The translations under genes were made by a program, and so were the position numbers. Below the pieces are notes generated by a model. That model ran no database searches. It was not told the origin of the DNA and saw only the letters and a program-made list of their open reading frames with translations. A stretch of 63,300 bases of DNA, counting the filler, from Hyphochytrium catenoides (Eukaryota; Protista; Hyphochytriomycota): the NCBI GenBank assembly GCA_900088475.1. It is 7 parts of 7 records of this genome, joined end to end, with 100 filler letters (N's around TTAATTAATTAA, not from the genome) between each part and the next. Parts side by side here need not be neighbours in the genome. Positions count along the whole stretch, not along the records: positions 1 to 7,077 come from FLMG01004151.1; positions 7,178 to 23,817 come from FLMG01000832.1; 5 more parts are not named here. One strand, written 5' to 3'. The stretch's first letter is position 1. Each line of letters starts with the position of its first letter. Positions 1-10,566 of the stretch are shown here, piece after piece.

Positions 1-1125
1 TTCATCGAGGACACGACGCTAGGCAGCACCAACATACTGGTCGCGATTGGGCTTCTGGTGATGATGTACCCGCCACTGGCAAAGGTTCGATGGAATCTGG
101 TGCATCAAGTCTTCCAAGATTGGAGAATGCTTCTTCTAACAACCTTTCAGAACTGGGTCCTTGGTCCCTTCTTGATGTTTTTGCTCGCCGCGGCTTTCTT
201 TCACAACGACCCTGGATATATGGTAGGGCTCAGCTTAGTTGGCTGTGCAAGATGTATTGCCATGGTGATAGTTTGGAACTCGTTGGCAGGCGGAGACGAC
301 GAATATTGTGCAGCTATTGTTGCGGTCAACTCAGTGATAACCATCGCTCTGTACTCACCGTACGCTGAGCTCTTTATTAATGTCCTCCCAGAAGCCATGG
401 ATCTTCCTAATACGGACTTGTCAGTGTCTATCGGAGAGGTAGCAAAAAATGTGGCCATCTATATGGGAATCCCCTTTGTCCTGGCTGTGGTCACGTGGTG
501 GCTGCTAGGCTCGTGGAAGGGCAAAGAGTGGTACTATGGAAAGTTCACTAGCCGCATCGGCGTCCTGACGTTGATTGCTCTTTTGTTTACGGTCATTGTG
601 CTCTTTGCCTCTCAGAGTGAGCGCATCACCTCCAACATTGGCAAGGTTCTCTATGCTGCTGTTCCACTGCTGATTTACTTTTTGGTGATGTTCACAATCT
701 CCTTTGGGCTGAGCTACTGGATGGGTGCCAATTATGCGCAGAGCGTGACGCTTGCATTCACTGCAGCTAGCAACAATTTCGAGTTGGCCCTAGCAGTCGC
801 GGTAGCGACATTTGGTCTAAAGTCAGATCCAGCGCTGATGAGCGTGGTTGGGGCACTGATTGAGATTCCTACGATGCTCTTTCTAGTCTACGTATCCTTG
901 CGGCTAAAGGGAAAGCTTTTCTCTTCAGAGGAACCTGATCCCGAAGCTAAGGACTTTGACGATGTAGCGGCAGCGAGCCCGTCAGTCAAAGGCTCGAGAC
1001 TTGAAGGCGGCAAGGGGGCGATTGAAGATCCACTAAGTGATGGCACCAAGGATGAGATGGGCGTGGACTGTGATAATTCTTCGAACAAGAACTGCTGCCC
1101 TTATAAGACCGACGCCTACGTCTGA
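1..1125 (+). CDS. ACR3: ACR3-family arsenite/antimonite efflux transporter (5' truncated by window edge; visible part intronless)
   Basis: Frame is open from base 1 (FIEDTTLGSTNILVAIGLLVMMYPPLAKV). ACR3 motifs: MMYPPLAKV, QNWVLGPFLMF, ARCIAMVIVWN (conserved Cys), FTAASNNFELALAVAVATFG, VGALIEIP. Multiple TM helices. Confidence 0.95.
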   Translation, partial: FIEDTTLGSTNILVAIGLLVMMYPPLAKVRWNLVHQVFQDWRMLLLTTFQNWVLGPFLMFLLAAAFFHNDPGYMVGLSLVGCARCIAMVIVWNSLAGGDDEYCAAIVAVNSVITIALYSPYAELFINVLPEAMDLPNTDLSVSIGEVAKNVAIYMGIPFVLAVVTWWLLGSWKGKEWYYGKFTSRIGVLTLIALLFTVIVLFASQSERITSNIGKVLYAAVPLLIYFLVMFTISFGLSYWMGANYAQSVTLAFTAASNNFELALAVAVATFGLKSDPALMSVVGALIEIPTMLFLVYVSLRLKGKLFSSEEPDPEAKDFDDVAAASPSVKGSRLEGGKGAIEDPLSDGTKDEMGVDCDNSSNKNCCPYKTDAYV

Positions 1126-1474
1126 ACATGGACGACGAATAATCAGTTTCCCAATCTTTTAATTAAAGATATCCTCTATCCCATTGACAGGTTTCCCGTT
1201 TCCATTCCTTGCTTCGCAATTCTCTTTATTTATTACCTTACGCGTGCTCGTGCTTCTCTACACCTCTTCCCGCAAATGAAGAGACCAACGGAAACTCTGT
1301 CAAGGGTTAAATCAATGAGTCCCTGCTAAACAATGTCAGGACAACAGATTTTCTGAATGTTGTCAACGGAGAGAGTAGCAGTCAATTCAGACACTCTCGA
1401 CAACTCCAAAGATGCCGAGGTCTGACCTTGGAGAGGGAGAGAGGAGAAGGCTGAGCACGCGTTAATGAATGGAT

Positions 1475-4400
1475 TTAAGCTCTCTTGGCCCCGTGAGTCT
1501 GTGGGTTCTGAAGGTATGAGCCGGAAAAAAGCTCCGCATGATAGCGCTGCTCCCGCTCCATCCGTTTTAGGTAGAGCTCAGCGTCTCCCCTCCAATCTGG
1601 ACCTCCTCCTTCCCGTCGAAGCCCCTCCTCTATGATTCTGATTAGAACTGCTCTGACTTCTGCACCCATAGACACTGCACCACACACGTAAAGGCAGGCA
1701 TTCTCTTTCTCGATTAGCTGCCAGATCTCTTCTTTCCTTTGGAACACCAACTGTTGTACATACTAGAAAGAGTGTAAGAGAGAAGCAAGGGTTAGCAACT
1801 TTAATGAAGTCTCGGAAATCGCGGAGAGCGCAGATTATGGCGACGTTGTGAAGGACTTGTCGGAAACAGAAAGGAAGCGGCGGAAAAAGTAAGGAAAGAA
1901 GAGCAGTGCACCTTCATACTGAAGGAGGAAAGTGGAATGGAGATCGTCGGTGGTCGTTCTATCAGGCTAGGAAGAGACACTGCTTCTTCGGCTACCATGC
2001 CGACGCAGAAGAGAAGAGGCGTATAAATTGGAGTTTGAGATTACTCAGAAGTATGAGAGAGGGAACGAGAGAGAGAGAGAGATGAGGGGGAAGAGAGAAA
2101 GATGTTTGTTCAAAGGGACAGGGGATAGCGTTTTCAGATTACTTTGTCCTTTCTCATTTCCACCGTTTTACCTGGTGGCCGCTAGCTCTCGAGAATGCCA
2201 CACAGAGCTCTGACAGCACTCCGTCTCCCCTTGCCGCCTCTAGCTCCTCGCGGTAGAGGTAATCGCGATCTGGGTGCCGGCAGCCAAAGAATAGAATGGA
2301 TGTCCTACCAGCAGTCAGAGGGCGAGATCAGAAGTAGCCACATAGCAAACAAGAAATGAGAGCTGGACAAAGTGCGTTAGGGACAACCTGACACTCAAAG
2401 CGAGAGAGGGAGAAGAAGAGCCGAGGTCCAGGAGAAAAAGAAGCGATATAGTGATACGAACAAATGGGGGGCGGGGGGTTCATGAGTCATCACATCTGAA
2501 GCAAGAGAGAACATGGAAGTAAGAGCAAGTGCTGGCCAACGGCAATGGCCGTGACCCTATTACCTCTTCCTCAGTCGCCTTGACTGGTTTGCCTCCATCT
2601 GCGCTCTGAGTTCCATAAGGAACGCTCTGAAGGGGGCAATACCAGTGCCCGCGCCGATCATAATGATGGGCGCGTGAACGTCAGAGGGAAGCTTGAAATT
2701 TGACGGCTGGATGTCGATGACTACACGGTCCTTTTGAGGCTGAAGCTCTGAGATCAAGATCAGGAGTGAGCCAAGTGAGGGAGGAGGAAAGGATAGAGCT
2801 ACACTGACAAATAGTGCAGCTTGGCAAATTGACACCGTACGAAGTATGAGACACATTTCGAAAGTCCAGAGACATGGTTTAGAACATAGAACGTCAGGTG
2901 ACGTGCAGTGTGATTTACCTCTAAGATATGAAGAGGCAAAGCCAAACTTCCGCCAGCCCTGCATGAGCTGCTGACTCTTCCTCTCGACTATCTTCGCAGT
3001 GATGGACAGCGAAGTCGGAAGAAGGCACGGAGAAGAAGAAATGGTATAGAAACGTGGAGCATTCCTAGGTAAAAGGTCTGGAAAATACTCAAGAGGGGGG
3101 CAGGAGTCTTTGTATTTCTCCATGACGTCCAGAACCGTAAGGTTCTTCGCTAGAATCTCTGTCTGCATCAAACTATAGTAGGAGAATATTAGGAAGGCTA
3201 AAAGAGGCAGCAAAAAATGTTAAAGCATGGAGTAGAAGAGACAGCTGAGAGGCTGCTTGCTCGTTAGCACTCACGCTGTGCATTTAAAGCAGACAAGATA
3301 ACCAAGAGACCACTTCTATCAGGGACAAGAGAAGAAAAGAGAAGCTGAGCGAAGCGTCAGAAAATAGAGTACTGGCCCAAGGCAATGGACAGGGTCAAGT
3401 GCAATCAACGAGGATAGGTAAGCCGTGCGGCACATAGAAGCTCGGCTTTGATTTGTGAGAAGAGAGAAGCGGGAAAAGCCTTGTAAGACTTAATGAGAGA
3501 GCCACATAAGCTGAACAGGAGTCTGCAAACCTTTCTGGCCCTTGGCCCCCTTGCACCACTGCCCACAGCTTCTTTCGTGTGTCACTGTTTCTCGTGGCAG
3601 AGGCCAGCAGACGTAAGGTCTTCAGCGTAGGAGGGGAAGACACATCAAAATGCCAGCGGATCAGAGAAGAAAGTTCAATTGCTCCCGTCGGAAAGCGCTT
3701 CAACTGTGGAGATTGAGATAGGAGGCAATATAGGATAGAAACAGGGAGAGTCAAATCCGGTGAAGTTAAGACGCGTGGGGGTCGAGACAGAGGTAAAAGA
3801 AGGTCATGATACCCAGACAGAAAATGAAAAGAGAAATGATTTGCTTGCCTTATCATTATCTGATGATGTCCATTGAGAGGTGCGATGAAAGCGCACCGCC
3901 TGATTTTCGGCGAGACCCAAGAGCGCGCAGAGACGCTTTACGTCCTCATCATGGTTAGGAGGGTAAATAAGAAGACTATCTGCAACCTCATAAGTTAATT
4001 TCTCTTCCTCTTCGCTGCGAGCTTCTTTCTGGAGGTTTTGCTCTTGGCCTTGTTGCTCTCGCGGTCGTCTTTCAATCTTGGCACAGCTGTATGCTCTCCC
4101 TGGTTCGTGCCACTCGACATGGCTAATGTCTATCTCTATATGATGGGTGTCTCCCTCTGTCCCAGGGTCATTGTGAGTAATGATGCGATTCGCAAGCACT
4201 ACTGCCTGAGGATGAGGAACGACAAAGAAAAAGAGACAACAACAGAGGGAGGCCAAGAGAGGGAACGAGCAAGAGAGAACAAGGAAAAGAGAACCGAACG
4301 TCCGGTTAGCCAAGGGAAGAAGAACAACAGGGTGGGTGCAAGAACAGACCATACTTCAGGGATAGAGGGTAGGTAGTTCTCGCATATAGACTCTTGAGTG

Positions 4401-5625
4401 TAAGGAGAGGCAAGGTTAACGTTAGGGTTTCTATTGAGGTCTATCTCTTCTTTTTCTCCTAGAGGTACCTTCCCCAATCCCAGAAACTCTTCCGCTGAAT
4501 GGGAAATGCTAGTCCTCCCAGCCAGATACTGCACACGGAACTTGCTTTTGCCAAGCCGCGGGGGGTTAGAACTGACTTGGCCCGTCACCCTGGCCCTCCA
4601 CTCCTCAAGCTGCTCCTGAGATGCAAGGGCAGGTGAAGCAGGAATAGATAACAGAGAAATGAAGGTTAAGTTCGGTAAGAGGCAGATCGTGAGGGTGAAC
4701 TTCCTGCTAATGGCATACATTAGCTTGGTGAAGTTGCTCATGTTACTGAATTCGGCACACTTTCCTACCCGCTGCACATCTATCTATACAGCTATATAGT
4801 CCATCTATCTCTATCTGTCTCTCTCTTCTTCTTCTTGTTTTTCTCTCTCCCCTCCAATCCTCTCTCTTGCTGTCGCTTTCTCCTCTCTGTTTCGACGCCT
4901 TTGTCTCGCTTTTATTCTCTGTTATGGACACTATTCTCTTTTGCCTCTGCGCAGTACCTCGTAGATGTTCCAGACACAGTTGACGCAGTTGTTGCCGCAG
5001 CACTCGCCGGGGCCTGGCTCTCTCGGTCGGGATGCAAGGTCGGCCTCTGAAAGCCGCACGGAGGGTGCAGGAGCTCCTTTAGCATGGCTCTCAGCCTCCA
5101 AAGATGAGTAGGAGAGGAGACGCGAAGCACAAATAGCTGTCGGGGATGGGGACAGCGATGCGGTCAAACGAGAGAGATAGGACAGGAGAATAGTGATTGA
5201 GGCAGCACAGAGAGGAAGAATCCTGAGCATAGGGGTGACATATGGTGGAACGTAGGGATGAAGCTACGGGAGAAGAATTGCCAACTAAAGACATCGACAA
5301 AGAATGACAACGGAAAAAGGAAGAGAAGAAGGACAGCTGAAAGGGGATACGGGAGAGAGCAAGGGCTAAAAAGGGTAGGGTATAATAGATAAAGAGAAGC
5401 GACAAGGGATAACACTGAGTGAGGAAGGACGACATCAAGCGCAAAGGGAAAATAGGGCTCAAAGTGAGAAGTAGCCAAAGACGGTGGCTGCGGCTTGCTG
5501 GAGGGGCATCGCGTGTCCTCACCAAGAAGCAATCGAGGAGTGCGGGCCTGGGACCGAGCTGCAGGTGGGACACTTCCTAGCGAGCTTTGTAGCAAGGCCC
5601 GCAGCTGTCCCGAACAGCCTCTCAT
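1475..5625 (-). CDS. NADPH-dependent FAD reductase (CPR/diflavin-reductase FAD, connecting and NADP domains) with an N-terminal Oxidored-like (OXLD1) Cys domain and no flavodoxin domain; ~648 aa, 9 exons
   Basis: Phase-consistent exons: 5625-5523, 5136-4958, 4615-4355, 4205-3849, 3703-3506, 3162-2919, 2747-2564, 2304-2172, 1762-1475. Motifs: [24 protein letters not shown]|[93 protein letters not shown]. The start codon is uncertain. Confidence 0.85.
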
Positions 5626-6124
5626 CCTGCCCAGGCAGCGATGGTCATGAAAATTCTTTGGAGCCTGGCAGCAGTGGTAGGCAGATGAGAGATAAAGAGA
5701 CCAGTGAGGTTACATGGCGAGCTTCCCTGGGCTTGTCATATTCTTCTTTGAGACAGAGTGGCATACAGACGAAGACAGTAGGAAGGGAATAGGGGCTAGT
5801 ACCCCGCCCGGCCCCTTCTCCTCCTCCCCACTGTTATAAGCTCCAGGGGACACAGCAGCAGGGATAAGACAGATTCTACGAGGGAGAAAGAGAGAGAGCC
5901 AGAATCGAAGGTAATAAGGGGAACCACCGAGATGACGCAGACTAAAGAAGAGAGGAGGGAAAGGATAGAGAGACGTAGGGTCCGGAAGAGACTGATGCCC
6001 ATTGCCAACTCCAACGACGAGAGTCCGATGAGAGAGTGAGTCCTGAGGACAAATGAGAGAAGGGAGAGACCTTGTGGCAGAGGGAATGAAGAGGGGAGAA
6101 CAGGGGGAAAATGGGAGCAAGAGA

Positions 6125-6185
<61 letters not shown>

Positions 6186-6925
6186 CACCAAGACAGAGAG
6201 GGAGTAGGATCTTGGTGATGTGTGAGGATGATGAATGAGAATCCAGTCCAGCTCACCTGAGGAGGCATAGTAAAGAGACGCAGAGATCCTCAATGCTAAT
6301 TTCTGGCGCACCAGGCGGTTAAGGATCAGGTATATCCCGGAGGAGCTCTGGAAGAAGGAGTGACCGAAAGGTTACATAAGTGCGAGAAGAATGAAGTCAA
6401 GAAGGGCACTGACATGAGACGCCGCAGTGCCAAGTCAGAAGCGAGCGAATGGTCAGTGATAGAAGAGCCTCAACAGACATAAAGAAGGGATTAGCCTTGG
6501 CTGTATAGCTCTACCAGACAGTGGTCAGGCCAATCGACGCCGCCCACCGCTTGTGGCAGCTCATGGACAGAAGATAACGGTAGAGAGTGCGCCCTTCCAG
6601 AGGGTGCATCGGCCAATATCAGCTACGAGTAGGTATTTTCTAGAGGGTGCGATGCAGAAGGTGATAGGAAGACAGGCGGACGACGTTATCCCAATCATCA
6701 GCGTGGGGTTCACTGTGAGTAAGCCGGAGTCATTGTATAAGTTGGAGACACGTGGGAATTTGCCTGCGAATGCGAGGTAGAGACAACCAAGATCCACGGC
6801 AAGTGCGGCCCTGAGTTGGATGATTGACCTCTATATATCTCTCCTTGCCTGGGACAAAGCTTGAGCGGAACTTTTCATCACAAGCTTTCATTTTATTGTA
6901 TCCTCCGCGGACACGGATTGCAGAG

Positions 6926-7068
6926 CTAACCTCGTGGTCTCTTTCTTACTACCGGTTCGTCCTGTCCCAGCTCTACACAGCGCTCGTACGCGGCCCAGAT
7001 GGAGTCAGCCAGGACCGATCGGAAGCCGTTCTTTTCGGCGCGATAGAGGGCGGCCGCGGTGGTTCCTC
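6926..7068 (-). CDS. proC: Last exon of pyrroline-5-carboxylate reductase (rest lost at contig end)
   Basis: After the ctaattag acceptor the exon reads (G)GTTAAALYRAEKNGFRSVLADSIWAAYERCVELGQDEPVVRKRPRG*. This matches the P5CR C-terminal SPGGTT...AAxxRSxELG region. Not in the ORF track. Confidence 0.85.
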
Positions 7069-7077
7069 CTAATTAGT

Positions 7078-7177
7078 NNNNNNNNNNNNNNNNNNNNNNN
7101 NNNNNNNNNNNNNNNNNNNNNTTAATTAATTAANNNNNNNNNNNNNNNNNNNNNNNNNNNNNNNNNNNNNNNNNNNN
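7078..7177. other. Artificial contig-joining spacer
   Basis: Exactly 100 bp: N44-TTAATTAATTAA-N44, with stops in all six frames. Confidence 0.97.
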
Positions 7178-7878
7178 CGCTTATGCAGCTGTTGATGAGC
7201 CTTCTAATAAAAAGGCTTTACGTGCTGAACCTCAAGGGATCGTAACTTGTCTGTCCAAAAGATACAAAGATCTGCTCATAATGATTACTGGAGCGAAAAT
7301 TGCCGTATTGATTCTTTCAGAGATTTTCTTTTCCCTCCTCCCCTTCCTTCGCCGCTTTTCTTGTTGGCTTTTGGTTTTGAAGATTTTCTGAGATGTGTCC
7401 AAGGCTCAGAGAGGCCTCAGCTGCTCCAAGATCATGCTCTTTCTCGTCCTATAGAGATCATGACAGGGCCATCATGATGATGAGACGTGGCAGAGATGCA
7501 CAAGGACATATGCATTACAAGGCAGTGGCTATGAGCTTCAAGGTGCATCATACGAGACTCATTCATCTTTAGCAAGAGAACTTAACCTCGGAGCTTCTAC
7601 ATCTACAGTTTGAGAAGCTTGTACTCTGCTCTCTAGAAGTCGGAGGTGCGGAGAACGGCAGAGAGTCTCTGACTACGGTTGACTACGGTTGACTAGGACT
7701 GCATCGATTAACTCTTCCATCTATCGAGAAAATTTTGTCGGTCTCTGGCGGACAAGATTTTCTTACCGTCCCTTTAGGTCTCCTTCGTCCCCACATCCGC
7801 ATTACGTAACATCTTTAAACCCGAGAACTTCAGCTGATGAGCCCATAACCTGAGCGACGCAGGAAACTCATCAGTGCC

Positions 7879-9475
7879 ATGGCTCGGCTGCTCCTGACAT
7901 CGCTACTGCTATTAGCGGTCGTCGGTAGTGCTCAAGCCCTGTACTTCTACGTAGAAGCGGTACGAGTGATAGTAGACATCTTGTTTACTCATTCTAATCT
8001 ACCCTCCACCACCGTTTAGGGCCTAGCGCGATGCTTCCTCTTGGAAATTCCCAAAGACTTTGGAGTTCTTGGGTCTTACACATCTCCCGACACCGCAAAA
8101 GACTCTCAACGACAGGTGCGAAGACTCGTTCGTCCTAAATATGTCCCTTGTTGGTCACCGCTAAGGCGGTCGCTATCTCTATTTTGTTGCTGCAACCTGT
8201 TGCGCCGCTGGCTGGCCCCATCACTAATGCCCTCTGCCAGGTCACGATTGAGGTTTCAGACCCCGCCCGAAATCGTTTACTTAGAGAGGAAGCAGCAGCG
8301 AAGGTCAAGGACATAACGGCAGCAGCTCCTCCCATGCGTCTCCCACTCTTCCCGACACATTGCACTGTGTACTCTGGCTGGCTCAGACGCTCCTCGGCTC
8401 CTATAATTTTCTATGCAGCACTCCACTCCTCTCGCACTATCTTACTTGGCTTGCTGGTGCTGAATCTGCCCCCATTGTTTTCTGCTTCTTTTTTATGTAG
8501 GGCAAGTTTTCCTTCACCTCCAGCACCGCTGGCGAACACGTCATTTGCTTGACTATCAAAGACCGTCAGGCTGGAAATAGGATGGTAAACAGAATACCTC
8601 CGTGGCTCTCTCTTGACCCACTGAAGGGCCTCTACCAGTCTCACTCATATGCTGAGCCCACTTAGATGCTGCATTCTGTTCTGTCTTATGGCTTATGAGC
8701 CACGGTGTGTTCCACTGGTCCAAACTAGGGCCCTGCAGGCTCGTTCCTTCTTTCCAAATGCCGCCTCTGCAGAGTATTGCAGCTGTTAGTTTGCTGACGA
8801 TGCGGTCTTGGCCAGAAATTTTCTCTAGATCTGGAGGTGGGTAGTGAGGCTAAAGACTATGAGACCATAGCAAAGAAGGAGCATCTTGAGCAGGTCGAGC
8901 TCTTTGTATTGAAGATGAAGGACCGTGTGGATCACATAGTAGAGCTTCAGTCATACGTGGAGGTGAGTCCTCTGCTTTCTGGCACCACCAAGTTCTTCTC
9001 TTACTCCTTACTAATATGGTTTGCCCATGCCGTGGCACCTCAAAGGAAAAAGAACGAGAGCACAGAGATATCAGTGAAGAGCTCAACTCTATTGCGATGT
9101 GGCACTCCATATTCCAGGTAAGGGAACGCGTGTCCCATTGGACTCCTTGAATTTTTATCCCTTCTTCGTCTTGCTGCCAGCTAGAGATGTTCATTCGTTC
9201 TGCTGATTCACTCTATATGTGCCTTCATAGAACTGTCTCTCGCGGTCCATTCGGCGTCCCTTATCGTCTATGACTGTCCTCGGCTCTGCGTTTGTTGCGA
9301 TCCAGCTTCTATTTTGTGTACCTAGTGATACATCTGTCATCTAACTCTCGCGCCGCCTTTGCACTCCTTCTTGCGACCTCCTTGTGCTCGGTCGCAGATC
9401 ATCGTCCTCATAATATCAGGGATTATCCAGGTGCATCATTTGCGGTCGTTCTTCTTCAAAAGGAAGCTGGTTTAG
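7879..9475 (+). CDS. p24/emp24/gp25L (TMED) cargo receptor, 7 exons
   Basis: Signal peptide MARLLLTSLLLLAVVGSAQA. GOLD domain LYFYVEA|GLARCFLLEIP...GKFSFTSSTAGEHVICL. Coiled coil DYETIAKKEHLEQVE. TM helix and tail QVHHLRSFFFKRKLV* (FF plus basic ER-retrieval-type tail). GT-AG introns are phase-consistent. Confidence 0.93.
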
Positions 9476-9571
9476 AAAGGCGTGTTTAGAGATTAGCAGC
9501 ATCCGCATACGGTGGCTGGCTTGGTTTATACATAGTTAGAGACAAAGCGAGGTAAACGGTACGAGCATGAG

Positions 9572-9967
9572 TTATAAAGAAGTCGCTGAAGAGCCTCTCG
9601 TCTTCTGCATCTTCACGATCTCATCAATCTGCTCTCGAATGGGCTTGCACTCGTACTGATAGCCATAAATAAAGTCCACTCCAGTCCCTGATGGTATTCG
9701 CGGGTTAGACCATAGAACATGACCCAAGGTGCATCGTGCTTTAATATACCTGCAATACCGCCGAAGACAAATGGAAAGTAGCTCTTCCGCTTGACACTAA
9801 GGGGCATGCCCAAGAGAATACCGGCCGCACAAAACTGTATGTGTAGACCTTGAGCAACGCGTTCGATGAAGGATGACCATACCGCGCCATACCTTCCATT
9901 GCTTCATCATACACTCATTCAGCTGCTTCCGTAGGTCTTGCAGTCTTTCATCCTGTTCAGAGCTCAT
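9572..9967 (-). CDS. 91-aa two-helix membrane microprotein, Mic10/DUF543-like
   Basis: Exons 9967-9893, 9834-9750 and 9687-9572 splice in phase to MSSEQDERLQDLRKQLNECMMKQWKFCAAGILLGMPLSVKRKSYFPFVFGGIAGTGVDFIYGYQYECKPIREQIDEIVKMQKTRGSSATSL*. The gene model is solid; the family call is tentative. Confidence 0.65.
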
Positions 9968-10566
9968 CCTCTTCGGCACAACCTTGCAAACTAAGGCTCG
10001 ATGCTACCCTTTGCACTTCACACGCCTGCTCTGACGTCTTCCAAAGTAAAGTCTAGCGTTCCCACACGCCGAGCTAAGATTCCCGCTATGCTCACGTAGG
10101 GAGGGAAGATTTCGGGCGCCTTCTAGGTAGAGTTAGAGTTGGCATCAGTCTTTCTGGCAGATTGCAGAGTGCAGACTTGGAGATGCCAAACAGAGATTTC
10201 AAGGGGAAGACACTTCTACAGCTCGAGGGTTGGATGATTGATGATCAGAACCCTACAAGATCAGAATAACTGGTCTATCGTTTGATAATCATAGGGCTGA
10301 TCTTTCTATGGGATGATCCATCACAAGATGGGCAAGTGAAAGTCTTCACTTCCTCTGAATGTAACGCCAGTTTTCACTGCCATTGGTCTTCTCTCTCTCG
10401 ATATTTGGCAGGCTCGCTGTGTAAGGAGTTCAACATGCGGAAACAGCCAGCTCAGTCCTGCCATTAGTCTGATGCATCCCTACGAGGTACGCGCGCCCAT
10501 GGGGAGAACATAGCACTGCAAGATATTTGCAGCTAGCCTATCGATGAAGGTTCTGGGTAGGATTGT

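Noticed and set aside
1475-5625. Calling the reductase NOS, CPR or NDOR1
   Set aside because: No oxygenase domain, no flavodoxin domain and no N-terminal membrane anchor.
7122-7133. TTAATTAATTAA palindrome repeated six times
   Set aside because: Always centred in N44 flanks, so it is an assembly linker and not biological.
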